DNA of 64,000 bases from Octopus vulgaris. Taxonomy: Eukaryota. The notes beneath the pieces are model-generated. The model saw nothing but the letters and a program-made list of their open reading frames with translations. It did no database searches and was not told the origin of the DNA. Location of the stretch: NCBI GenBank assembly GCA_951406725.2, contig OX597839.1, positions 40,238,001-40,302,000 of the forward strand, in the 5' to 3' direction. The translations under genes were made by a program, and so were the position numbers. Positions 1 to 12,477 of the stretch are shown piece after piece (the first letter of the stretch is position 1; each line of letters begins with the position of its first letter).

Positions 1-312
1 TGAGAAAATAATGACTCGAAGAGATATATAGAGATAGAAAGAAAGAAAATAGAGAGAGAGAGAGAGAGTGTGTGTTTAACGGGGAGAAATTGGGAGAGTG
101 TGGGAGAGTGGTGGTGAGAGGGGAGGGAGAGATGATATCCATTGCTGCAAAATGACGAAAATAGTAACATGGCGACTGTGGAGTGACTAAATACTAGAGT
201 TTATATGATATGTGTGTCTGGAGAATAGTTATATTTTAATTGTAGAAGGGGTTGGAAGGTGTGGGGGGGGGGGAATCTCGTGGTGATGGTTGCGGTGACT
301 GTGATGTGAGCG

Positions 313-446
313 ATGATGCCTGGTAATGGTGATGTTGCTGATGTCGTTGAAGGTGATGATGATGAGGATGAGGATGATGAAGATGAAGTTGATGATGGTG
401 ACGATGATGATGGTGATGATGATAATTTTGACGATGGTGACGATGG

Positions 447-477
<31 letters not shown>

Positions 478-521
478 GATGATGATGATGATAGTGATGG
501 TGGTGGTGGTGGTGATGATGG

Positions 522-553
<32 letters not shown>

Positions 554-717
554 ATGATGGTGATGGTAAAGTCGACCACAGGAATGAATACTCTGTTGAT
601 GATGATGGTGATGATGATGCTGACGCTGTTGTCGACGATTTGCATGATGGTGATGATGACGACGTCGCCGCCGACGAAGACGGCGAAAATGTTGATGATG
701 GTGATGATGATGATGAC

Positions 718-749
<32 letters not shown>

Positions 750-750
750 G
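313..750. repeat. Degenerate (GAT)n/(GGT)n trinucleotide microsatellite
   Basis: Directly visible repeat; explains the poly-D/poly-H/poly-M ORFs in several frames. Confidence 0.95.
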
Positions 751-1138
751 AAGAAGACGATGACAATTTTGAAAATTATGATGAACAGGAGGATAAGGAG
801 GAGGTGGAGGACGATGATGATGATTGTGATTGTCGTGGTTTGTACAATGGCGCCGGTCATGTTACTGACATTGTTGTTGGTGTCGGTGGTGGTGTCGGTG
901 GTGGTGGCGGTAGTGGTTTGCTTATGCTAATTACTCGTCTTGCTGTTCTGTGTTAATTACCTTCGATGAAAGAGGGGGCGTTGTGGTTATTAGGTCTTTC
1001 TAATATCAAATCCCACCCAACCAACCATCAAGTCACCCTCCACCCCCAGTGGTAAATATAGAAACGGTGCTTGTAGTTGTTTTAGATGTTATTGTTGCTG
1101 TTGTTATAGTTTTTCTTTTGTTCATAAAATCAGCAATA

Positions 1139-1140
1139 TT

Positions 1141-1187
<47 letters not shown>

Positions 1188-1231
1188 TATTATTATTATT
1201 ATTATTATTATCAGTATTATTAATATCATCA

Positions 1232-1268
<37 letters not shown>

Positions 1269-1286
1269 TATTATCATTATTATTAC

Positions 1287-1362
<76 letters not shown>
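1139..1362. repeat. (ATC)n-(ATT)n compound microsatellite
   Basis: Directly visible. Confidence 0.95.
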
Positions 1363-1365
<3 letters not shown>

Positions 1366-1371
1366 AGTAAT

Positions 1372-1568
1372 AAGGTCTGCGAGCTAGCAGAAAATACTTC
1401 GCAGCATTCCGTCAGTCTTTAATTTCTGTGTTCAAACTCTATCGATGTCGACTTCACCTTCCACCCGTTTAAGGTAGACGATATAAGAATCAGTTGGGCG
1501 TTGGGCGGTCGATGTATTTGACTAGCTTCCTCGTGGAAGATTTCAGGCTTTGTAGGCAGAAAAGATTA
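1372..1568 (+). mobile_element. SINE family C, old diverged monomer
   Basis: gcgagctagcagaa head, gttcaaactc B-box, gtcgacttcaccttccacccg body, tttcaggctttg...agaaaaga tail; aligns by eye to younger copies. Confidence 0.7.
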
Positions 1569-1574
1569 TCATCA

Positions 1575-1780
1575 TAAGGGGTGAACTGGCAGAATCGCAA
1601 GCACGCCGAGCAAAATGCTCAGCAGTTTGTTGTCCATCGTTAATTTCTGATTTCAAATTCCACCAAGTTAGACTTTACTTTTCATCCTTTCGGGGTCGAT
1701 AAAATAAGTACCAATTAAGCACTGGGGTCGCTGTAATCGACTTACCACAACCTGAAGTTGCTGGCCTTGAGCAAAAAAAT
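1575..1780 (+). mobile_element. SINE family C monomer
   Basis: ctggcagaatcg A-box; ttcatcctttcggggtcgataaaataagtacca...ctggggtcg body; ttgctggccttg tail. Confidence 0.85.
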
Positions 1781-1891
1781 TTCTCTAGAGAACATTCTTT
1801 TCTTTGTGGTGAGATCGTAGATTATCTCCTTCTAGCGCATTGGATGTCCACTTAGTGGTAATCTCTTATTATACGCATGTATATATGTATG

Positions 1892-1958
<67 letters not shown>

Positions 1959-1961
<3 letters not shown>

Positions 1962-2003
1962 ACGCTGATGACAGGTCAATACCTAGAAACTGTAGTCCGT
2001 GCG
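1959..2003 (+). ncRNA. Minimal type I hammerhead ribozyme motif in a ~210-bp cassette (1959-2171) flanked by (TA)n
   Basis: Stem I tgtacg/cgtgcg; core CTGATGA 1965-1971; stem II aggt-caat-acct (C.A mismatch at base); GAAA 1986-1989; stem III ac-tgta-gt; GTC cleavage triplet ending 1997. Confidence 0.7.
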
Positions 2004-2207
2004 TATCACTTAGGTTGACGAGGGAAGGATGACTTCCCTTTGCAAATACCTTAAGGGCACAGAAAGTGTGACTAAAGCCAGCTGGAGACGATGTTCTCCT
2101 GGGGCTACAAGCTACAGTAACACTCACCCTTAGTGGTTAGCCATATTGAGATGGCAAACATACCTCTCATTATATATATATATATATTTGTATGTATGTA
2201 TTTATGT

Positions 2208-2248
<41 letters not shown>

Positions 2249-2489
2249 GTAGTTTGGATAATTTAGCTTGTTTATTTTTTATTTTCGCTGTTGGTTTTTG
2301 CTTTCGTTTTCTTTCAAATCCCACTCGCTTCATTTACCAATCTCTCACTCAAAAAGATCATACAAGAAACCAGCCAGCAAACCCGCCGACCAGTCGATCT
2401 AATAACCTGCGTTTGCAATTCCATCAAATTCTCACACTGTATATTCCGTTATTCACTCATTACAAACAATCGCTCGCTTCAGTAATTAC

Positions 2490-2648
2490 CGTCGCAAGAT
2501 CCTCCACTTTTGCCAGCTGAGTGGACTAGAGAAAGATGAAATAAAATGTTTTGCTCAAGGACACAACGTGTCACCCTGTTCAGGAATCGAAACCGCAATC
2601 TTATGATCATGAGTCCAACACCCTAACCACTAAGCCAGACGGCTCCAC
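2490..2648 (-). mobile_element. tRNA-derived SINE 5' part (family D; head related to family B)
   Basis: Reverse strand: tggcttagtggttagg A-box, ggtttcgattcc B-box, gtgtccttgagcaaaaca CORE-like segment, gtccactcagctggcaaa. Confidence 0.8.
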
Positions 2649-2650
2649 AG

Positions 2651-2715
2651 CATGTTGGGCAAGTATTTTCTACTACAACTCCGTGTCACCCAATGCTTTG
2701 TGAGTGAATTTGGCA
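2651..2715 (+). mobile_element. SINE family A internal fragment
   Basis: ttgggcaagtattttctactac...tttgtgagtgaatttgg matches family A. Confidence 0.65.
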
Positions 2716-3649
2716 ATGATGGTGCTATATGGGTCGTGATAAAGTGTTGTAGGGGACGGAGTAATGTTGGAATACGTCTATTACGATTGCAGAAGTCGAG
2801 AAATCATTGGTGATTAATTTAATAGCAATGACAGTGGTTGTAGCAATGGTGATGTTGGCGATATTGTTGTTGGTGGTGGTGGTGATGGGGCGGTGCTGAT
2901 AGTGGTTGTTTTGGCGGTGTTAGTGTTTGCGGTAGCGTTAGAATTTCTTGGGGTGCCGGCGAAAGAATTGCAGAGAATTGCGTCAGAGGAAGTGATTGAG
3001 GTCACAGTAGGTCACGCTATGACATGGCAAGATTGAAGCTGGTGTATGCGTTGTTGTTGTTGTCGCTGCTACTCGTAATATTGGTTACAAATAAATTGTT
3101 GGCGGTGTATGGAGAGAAAAATAATTGTGGCGGTGACGGTGGTGGTGGTGTTGGATTTCATCGACGTTTCTCCTGTTGCCAAAAGAGTAATTCGTAGTGG
3201 ATGAGAGTAGATTATGTAGTTAGTCATAGTGATAACGTATGTGACGTCGGTGCAGTTAATAGAGCGCTAGATTCTGGCGATGGAATTGCTGTTGTGACTA
3301 TTGTCTAGCCTCAAGTGAGCGCAAATCGTGCAACAATCCATTAATTAAAAGTACTTCAGCTGAGATCATGCTGTCTAATTACTATATGCAGGGAGCTTAA
3401 GGCGACATTATCTAATGGATAGTTTTCTGATGCTGTGCAGTTTGATTTCAATAATACACACCTGCTATTTCTAGCGAGGACAGCGACAATATAGTGGTTA
3501 CTTAACGTGGGCATGGCGTTTGTCACAATGCTAGTGGTTGTGTTATGCCACCATGTATTTATATAGTGGTATCGATGATGATGGTATAGGTATAAGTCAT
3601 GCTAGTGGTTGTGATGGAAGTAGCAGTTGTGCAGGCTAAAGTAAGATCC

Positions 3650-3721
3650 TTTTTCTACTCTAGGTAGAAGGCCCGAAATTTTGGGAGCGGCGTACTAAAG
3701 TTTCTGCCAGCTTGCCGCCTA
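3650..3721 (-). mobile_element. Mini SINE family C (head fused directly to tail)
   Basis: Reverse strand ggcggcaagctggcagaaactttagtacgccg joined to ctcccaaaatttcgggccttctacctagagtagaaaaa. Confidence 0.75.
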
Positions 3722-3724
3722 AAT

Positions 3725-4582
3725 ATTCTTTTCTACTCAGGCACAAGGACCGAAATATTTAGGGAGGGGGCCAGTGAATTGGATTGACCCCAGTACGTAA
3801 CTGGTACTTAATTTATAGACCCCGACAAGATGAAAGGAGAAGTCGACCTCGGCGGAATTTGAACTCAGAACGTAATGACACGAAATATTGCTACGCATTT
3901 TGCACGGCGTGCAAACGTTTCTTATTTCTTTATTACCCACAAGGGGCTAAACACAGAAGGGACATACAAGGACAGACAAAGGGATTAAGTCGGTAACATC
4001 GACCCCGGTGTGTAGCTGGTACTTCATTTATCGACCCCGAAAGGATGAAAGGCAAAGTCGACCTCGGTGGAATTTGAACTCGGAACGTTAAAGACACGAA
4101 ATACTACGCATTTTGCCCGGCGTGCAAACGATTCTTATTTCTTTATTACCCACAGCGGGCTAAACATAGAGGGGACAAACAAGGACAGACAAACGGATTA
4201 AGTCGATTATATCGACCCCAGTGCGTAACTGGTACTTATTTAATCGACCCCGAAAGGATGAAAGGCAAAGTCGACCTCGGTGGAATTTGAACTCGGAACG
4301 TAAAGACACGAAATATCGCTACGCATTTTGCCCGGCGTGCAAACGTTTCTTATTTCTTTATTACCCACAAGGGGCTAAACATAGAGGGGACAAACAAGGA
4401 CAGACAAAAGGATTAAGTCGATTATATCGACCCCAGTGCGTAACTGGTACTTATTTAATCGACCCCGAAAGGATGAAAGGCAAAGTCGACCTCGGCGGAA
4501 TTTGAACTCACAACGTAACGGTAGACGAAATACCGCTAAGCATTTTGCCCAGCGTGCTAACGATTCTGCCATCTCGCCGCCT
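3725..4582 (-). mobile_element. SINE family C tetramer, ~215-bp period
   Basis: gacccc(a/g)gt motif at 3786, 4001, 4214, 4429; full head at 4582; family tail at 3725-3775; ~67-bp linker between units. Confidence 0.92.
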
Positions 4583-4984
4583 TAAATTGGAGTAAGATTG
4601 TGGTACTATTTTTAATGATGGTGGTGATGGGTGTGAATATAGTAATAGTAGAGAAAATACTAATGTTAGTGCTGGTTGTCGTGGTGGTGGTAGAATTTGT
4701 AGTAGTGAAGGTGGTAGTACAGGTACTTGTGACTGTGGTAGTGAAGATGGGGAAATGTTGTAGATGTAATAGTAATGGTGGTTGTGGTTGAGGTAGTTGT
4801 GGCGTCATAGTAGTAGTAGTGGTGGTGAATGTGTCATGGCGGCGGTGGCGGTGGTGGTAGTAAATCAATACTGGTAAAAGTAGTGGTGGTAGAAGTAGTG
4901 TGGTTGATGATGGTGGTGTCGGCGGTGATGGTGATAGAAGCAGTACTAGTAGCAGTAGAAAAATTAGTAGTTGTAGCAACAGCA

Positions 4985-4996
4985 GCAATTGTAGTA

Positions 4997-5070
<74 letters not shown>

Positions 5071-5071
5071 G

Positions 5072-5103
<32 letters not shown>

Positions 5104-5164
5104 TGTTGTTGTTGTTGTTGTGGTAGTAGTAGTAGTAGTAGTAGTGGTTGTTGTTGTTGTTGTT

Positions 5165-5198
<34 letters not shown>

Positions 5199-5480
5199 CA
5201 TTGGTGGTGTGGTGGTGGCGGCGGCAGTGGATTTTGTGTTGGGAGTGGGGGTGGCGGTAGTGGCGGCGGCGGCGGTGGTGGTGATGCCATTTGTGATGGA
5301 GGCGAAGGTGGTGGTGGTGGTGGCGGCGGTTGTTTTGGTGCCGGTGGTGATGTCGGTTGTGGTGGTGCCGGTGGTGATGGCGGTGATGGCGGCAGTTGTA
5401 GTGGTGGTGGTGGTGGTGGTTATGGTGGTGGTGATGGCGGCGGTTGTGGTGGTGGTGGTGGTTTTCGTGTTTGTGCTGGT
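4985..5480. repeat. (GTA)n/(GTT)n/(GGT)n compound microsatellite
   Basis: Directly visible. Confidence 0.9.
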
Positions 5481-6267
5481 GGCGCTGGTGGTGGTGTCGG
5501 TTTGTGATCATTGTGGTATAGTGGTGATTGCTTTTGTGTTGGTGGCCACGGTGGCGGTGGCCATGGTGCTGGTGCTGGTGCTGGTGATGTTGGAGACGGT
5601 GATAGTGACACTGGTTGCCATGGCCATGATGACAGTGGTGAGGGCGGCGGCTATGGAGGCGGTTACTACCAGCAACAGCATCAGAAACATCAGCTACGCT
5701 GCATTCATACGAAGCTGGATATACGGCAAAGAAGGAATTTTTTTCCTTTTCCATTTTTCTTTTTTTTTTTGTATTATTTGGCAGCAACCAATGACCATAT
5801 TTCTCCAGGAACCATTTACAGAGAATTACGTGAGAAGAATGGAACCGGTCTTCCACCCAAAATACACAAAACCTTCCGTTTAACACAGTTTGCGGAAGGT
5901 TTTTCACGGAATATATATTGTGTAATGTATATTAACGGACACTTTACGGTACAGGAGGACATTCGTTATAAAGCTTACACGCGCGAAGGGAAGAGAGAGA
6001 GGGGAAGAGAGACAGGGAGGGAGAGAGTGAATGAGAGAGATATAGAGAGAGACTGACAGAGTGAGAGAGGGGGAGAGCGAGAGAGAGAAAGAAAGAAGGT
6101 TAGGGAGAGTGAGATAGTCAAGAAGAGAGCGTGTAGGCGTGGGTGTGTGCGAGTGCGCACATTTCTCTGTGTGTGTATATATATACATATATGTATGTAT
6201 GTATGTATGCATACAAATGTGTGCGGGCGTACATATATATGTATGTATGTATGTATGTATATATATG

Positions 6268-6331
<64 letters not shown>

Positions 6332-6713
6332 GTGTGTGTATGTATGAATATATACACATACATACACATATACATATATATATATCATATATGTATATAA
6401 GCATGTATGTATATATATATATAGTAATAGGAAAACATGAAGTCTTATTGCGCAGTGAAAGACTAAGCAAGTATGCGTGTGCATGAGGGAGAGAGAGAGA
6501 GAGAGAGAGATAGGGGGAGAGAGAGAGTGAGAGAAAGAGTGATAATGAGAAGGAGAAAGAGAGGCAAAGACCCCAAATTGCGTTTTATTGCGACGGGTGT
6601 TTATGAATGTATATATCGTTGGGTAGAGTTTGATGTATGTCTTTCGTTTATATATTTTGTGTGTGTGTGTGTGTGTGTTTTTTTGTGTGTATACTAGTGT
6701 CTTGGTTGCGGGC

Positions 6714-7084
6714 TTTTGTCTTTTATTTTACTGGCTTCAGTCATTGGAGTCCGGCCATGCTGGGGCACCGCCATGGCGGTTTTATTTCATTTGCTTTAAT
6801 CGAACATATCGACCCCTAGCTCATGTCTGCAACTTACTTCTTACTGGTATTTCTTTTTACGAACCAACACCGTATGTCAAGTGGAGAAATACACACAAAC
6901 GCAAGCACACACAGACACAGATACACACACACACACTTATATCTGACGGTTACGTCTACTGAATTCCCTCACAGTACACAGGTCGGTCCAGATCTATAAT
7001 CAGTTTTGCCATACAGTGGGTCTGAAACCAGAACTATGCGATGGTGAAGCGGGGGCTTCTTGACCTCATAGCCATATTTCTGCC
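6714..7084 (-). mobile_element. SINE family A, old diverged copy
   Basis: cagtcattggagtccggccatgctggggcaccgcc tail, atcgacccc, internal CA tract, gtctactgaattccctcaca, cagtgggtctgaaacc head remnant. Confidence 0.7.
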
Positions 7085-7592
7085 AGTATATTCAATGTCT
7101 ATATAAGGGAGTGCAAATGTTGTATGCAAAATGTCAGCTATGTGATAGAACTATTTATTTGTTCAAGAGTTATCTGTTAATCTATTCTGAAATCCACCTG
7201 TATCTACATGTTGTTGACACCACTTATATCCTGTTTACCTCAGGTTGTCGTGCCCTCTGATTTATAAATCATTAGGGCCTTAAGGTTGCTGAAAATGCTT
7301 TGGAATTAATGAAAACGAATGGTGCTGGGTTAACATTCAACATATTTTATCTCAGAATCAAACTAATGTTCTATAAACATTATAAAATATATCCACTGTA
7401 ATTACAAGATCAATTGATAAACCATTGTTAAATTCCAATACAATATTAAAGTGCACTAAATATTTGATAAGCAAACATGTGTATTCACAATCGACTATCA
7501 TTGATCATTGAAATGATCATTGAAAACAGCATATATAGAACAAAGGCATGAAAGCATAGATTTGCTATATATGGCTGTGTATATAAATAAAA

Positions 7593-8499
7593 GGCGGTGA
7601 GTTGGCAGAATCGTTAGCACACCGGATGAAATGCTTAGCGGTATTTCTTCTGCCGCTATGTTCCGAGTTCAAATACCGCCGAGGTTGACTTTGCATTTCA
7701 TCCGTTCGGAGTCGATTAAATAAGTACCAGTTACGCACTGGGGTCGATGTTATCGACTTAATCTGTTTGTCTGTCCTTGTTTGTCCCCTCTGTGTTTAGA
7801 CCCTTGTGGGTAATAAAGAAATAGGTATTTTGTCTGCCGCTATGTTCCGAGTTCAAATTCCGTCGAGGTCGGCTTTGCATTTCATCCGTTCGGGCTCGAT
7901 TAAAAAAGTACCAGTTACGCACTGGGGTCGATGTTATCGACTTAATCCGTTTGTCTGTCCTTGTTTGTCCCCTCTGTGTTTAGCCCCTTGTGGGTAGTAA
8001 AGAAATAGGTATTTCGTCTGTCTTTACGTTCTGAGTTCAAATTCCATCGAGGTCGGCTTTGCCTTTCATCCTTTCGGGGTCGATAAATTAAGTACCAGTT
8101 ACGCACTGGGGTCGATGTAATCGACTTAATACCTATGTCTGCCCTTGTTTGTCCCTTCTGTGTTTAGCCCCTTGTGGGTAATAAAGAAATAGGTATTTCG
8201 TCTGCCGCTATGTTCCGAGTTCAAATTCCGCCGAGGTCGGCTTTGCATTTCATCCGTTCGGGGTCGATTAAATAAGTACCAGTTACGCACTGGGGTCGAT
8301 GTTATAGACTTAATCCGTTTGTCTGTCCTTGTTTGTCCTCTCTGTGTTTAGCCCCTTGTGGGTAGTAAAGAAATAGGTATTTTGTCTGTCTTTACGTTCT
8401 GAGTTTAAATACCGTCGAGGTCTCCTTTCCCTTTCATTCCCTCGAGGTCGATAAATTAAGTACCAGTTGCGTACTGGGGTCCATCTTATCGATGGACCC
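7593..8499 (+). mobile_element. SINE family C pentamer, exact 184-bp period
   Basis: B-box gagtt(c/t)aaat at 7665, 7849, 8033, 8217, 8401; A-box head only in unit 1. Confidence 0.93.
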
Positions 8500-8614
8500 A
8501 ATAGATAGAAAGATAGACAAATATATAGATAGATGATATAGATGATATACATATAAACATTCATGAATATGTACATATATACATTCATGTCTCTCTTTCT
8601 CCCTCTCTCACTCA

Positions 8615-8646
<32 letters not shown>

Positions 8647-8954
8647 GTATATATACCGATACGTTCATGCATATATATACATAAATACAAATGTGTATTT
8701 CAACCCCTCCACATCCACACATCTCCATATAATCTCATGGTTGTGCATATATGCATACTTTTCAACATGAAGCGACACACATCCTTCACATATTGATACA
8801 AACTAAATTCAATATTACAATCTCCCTATCGTACAATAACAACATTTCAATTTGATTAAATAATTTCCACATTTTACACGCTTCCACTCTTCTAGTGCGA
8901 ACTCTCATTCTATAAATACACATACATTCATATATACATGCAAACACACACACA

Positions 8955-9381
<427 letters not shown>

Positions 9382-9751
9382 GTATTTATGTGTTCTATCA
9401 ATTTACACACTTTGGCGAGAAGTTCAGCGACCTTTAGCATTTGTATTCACAACAGGTGTATATAGAAAACGAGGCCAAACGCATCATTATTAGCTGTAAA
9501 AGTCAGTGTTTTTGAAATTAAGGCAACACCTGGGGGAAATACATGCGGTTGAAATTTAGTGAATTATAAATATAATTTCTTCGTTACTAAAGTTGTGATA
9601 CAATTGCAGATACAATTTGAGATATGTGCTTTCGGAACTAGTGTTTACGTCTAATGACATACATACGTATATGTGGCTGTTTATTTGTGTGTATATGTGA
9701 GTCTGCACGTGTAGATATATATTTCTATATGAATGCATGCATGTATGTATG

Positions 9752-9782
<31 letters not shown>

Positions 9783-9819
9783 GTATGTATGAGTGTGTGT
9801 ATGTATGTATGTATGTATG

Positions 9820-9899
<80 letters not shown>

Positions 9900-10050
9900 T
9901 TCGGTACGGATAGTTTTTTTATAGTAAAAGTAACACAGTAGCGTTAACGAAGGGATATGGTTTCGATTCCCACGCGGAAAGGAAAGCCTTAACTTTTTCT
10001 GTCGAGGGCTTATATGTCCCTTTATTGGGCTATTTCCCTTAGTCACTGCA

Positions 10051-10169
<119 letters not shown>

Positions 10170-10332
10170 GGCGCAGGAGTGGCTGTGTGGTAAGTAGCTT
10201 GCTAACCAATCACGGTTCCGGGTTCAGTCCCACTGCGTGGCATCTTGGGCAAGTGTCTCTGCTATAGCCCCGGGCCGACCAAAGCCTTGTGAGTGGATTT
10301 GGTATGACGGAAACTGAAAGAAGCCTGTCGTA

Positions 10333-10378
<46 letters not shown>

Positions 10379-10591
10379 GGTTGTGTGTCTGTGTTTGTCC
10401 CCCTAGCGTTGCTTGACAACCGATGCTGGTGTGTTTACGTCCCCGTCACTTAGCGGTTCGGCAAAAGAGACCGATAGAATAAGTACTGGGCTTACAAAAG
10501 AATAAGTCCCGGGGTCGATTTGCTCGACTAAAGGCGGTGCTCCAGCATGGCCGCAGTCAAATGACTGAAACACGTAGAAGAGTAAAAGAGT
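10170..10591 (+). mobile_element. SINE family A, full length
   Basis: A-box tggctgtgtgg, B-box ggttcagtccc, CORE-like cttgggcaagtgtc, internal (TA)(TG) tract, tail gcggtgctccagcatggccgcagtcaaatgactgaaac plus gtaaaagag repeat; sits in (TA)n. May be one of the described octopus OK/OR1/OR2 SINEs (not verified). Confidence 0.92.
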
Positions 10592-10619
10592 ATATACATA
10601 TATCTGTGTACATTTATAC

Positions 10620-10682
<63 letters not shown>

Positions 10683-11722
10683 CACAAATACACATACGCA
10701 TATAAATATGGAAGAAGGATGTAATCAATGTTGAGAACACAAAAGACGCCCGTGTTTTATGAACGAATTCTCTTGCAGTGTTATTTTTTATTTGTTCTGC
10801 AACGAGTTATACAGAAACCCAGTTGACATCCTACTCAAATTCAAAACTTCCAATAAGCCCATGGTCCAGTCCTTTGCACGTTGAGAACGTGAGTCCCTAT
10901 TCAACGACGCTATTGTTAACTTAAACCGTTATAAAATATGCAAATAACGTATTTGTTTGATTTTGTTTTTTTAAAAAATATTTCCATTCAAAACTGTTTA
11001 GTCTTTTAGTGTTATTTCGCAAGCGTAATTCAAACAAATTTTGTTCATAATTTTGGTTTTCTGTTAAGGTTTATTTTCTCTTTTACCCGAATAACTTGTT
11101 ACTATAATCAAGGCCCAATTTACATATTCCTTTTCAAGTGCTGGTGCTGTTTACCATATTGGTCTAATTGTTCTAGATATGGGGAATAAATTAAAGAAGG
11201 AAAAACAATTCTAGCGTGCAAAGGAACAAATAGAGGGGAGAGGGCATCGGAATGGAAACAGAGGAAATTATTCAGAGCAAACAACATCCAGTATTTAATA
11301 TCCAACATAATTTGCTAAAAATATAAAATAAAATTTATAACTACTTGATAGTAGGATTAGAAAAAAATACATAACATATTAACAAAACGAACAGTGCATA
11401 AGTTCATTAAACAAATACATAACTTAAATACTCTAATAGAAAGAAAAATAATAATTTACACAAATGCTTGATAACAACACGAATATGAACTATATCCCGA
11501 TAGCAATACATACACAGAATAATTGATAAAAAAAATAACACACACAGAACAGTTTAATACGGACTTGATATACAATAAGTACAAAACAAAAGCTCACAAA
11601 ACAACTGATAACAAAAACACATATTTCGCAGGAAGATCTATGTATACATATATATATATGTGTGTGTATATATATATGGATATATATATATATATTTATA
11701 TATATATTTATGCATGTATGTT

Positions 11723-11755
<33 letters not shown>

Positions 11756-11924
11756 ATATATATATATATTCATAAATACAGGCAGAAAGATGAAGTGAAA
11801 AAATGGCGGCGAGAAATACAACAATATAAAAAATATTAATCGCTGGCAAACAAAATGGCCGCTGGATAATCCTGAGCGAGATTCAGTTAAGTGTGTTTGA
11901 TAAAAAGATAAATAATTGCTATCC

Positions 11925-11940
11925 ATTATTATTATTATTA

Positions 11941-11998
<58 letters not shown>

Positions 11999-12002
11999 CA
12001 TG

Positions 12003-12065
<63 letters not shown>

Positions 12066-12110
12066 GTTGTTGTTGTTGTTATTGTCGTTGTTGTTGTTAT
12101 TCTTATTATT
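11925..12110. repeat. (ATT)n/(GTT)n microsatellite
   Basis: Directly visible. Confidence 0.95.
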
Positions 12111-12477
12111 ATTTGTTGTTTTTGTTGTAACTTGTTGCTGTCGTTGTTGTTGTTGTTGTGGATGTTGTTTGTATGTTCAATAATGAATTATGAATTGATA
12201 TAATAATTCGATGGCTTTCATTGAAAACACATCATCGTCGCACATAAATAATGGATAATTAATTTTTGCAGAAGAAAGAATGCAAAGCAAAAAAAAAACC
12301 AACAACAACAACAACAAAACAAAACAAAAACATGGAAAAAAACAGAAATATAAACAATGTGCGGAACATGAAAAAGAAAAAAAAAGACAGACAAATATAA
12401 ACAATTAAACAGAGAAAACAACCGCGAAAGAAGAACTGTTAACAAAGAGCAACATAAACCAGAACAGTGCATGGACG

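Noticed and set aside
1-228. Promoter-like GA repeat with aacatggcg (YY1-like) motif
   Set aside because: Short motif in low-complexity sequence at the window edge; no supporting evidence.
229-930. Long poly-Asp/His/Met ORFs (also 4834-5907, 12218-13342, 22801-23493, 29869-30780, 34687-35670)
   Set aside because: Trinucleotide microsatellites are open in most frames on both strands; no domain content or supporting splice structure.
4221-4505. Recurring peptide [26 protein letters not shown] in several ORFs
   Set aside because: Antisense translation of SINE family C, not a gene family.
7593-8499. CRISPR-like or hammerhead-retrozyme reading of the 184-bp arrays
   Set aside because: Whole units repeat with no unique spacers, the context is eukaryotic, and no CTGANGA...GAAA core is present on either strand.
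8477-8499. 9-bp hairpin gggtccatc/gatggaccc at the array end
   Set aside because: Derived from the SINE's own gtcgat/atcgac hairpin region; single instance.
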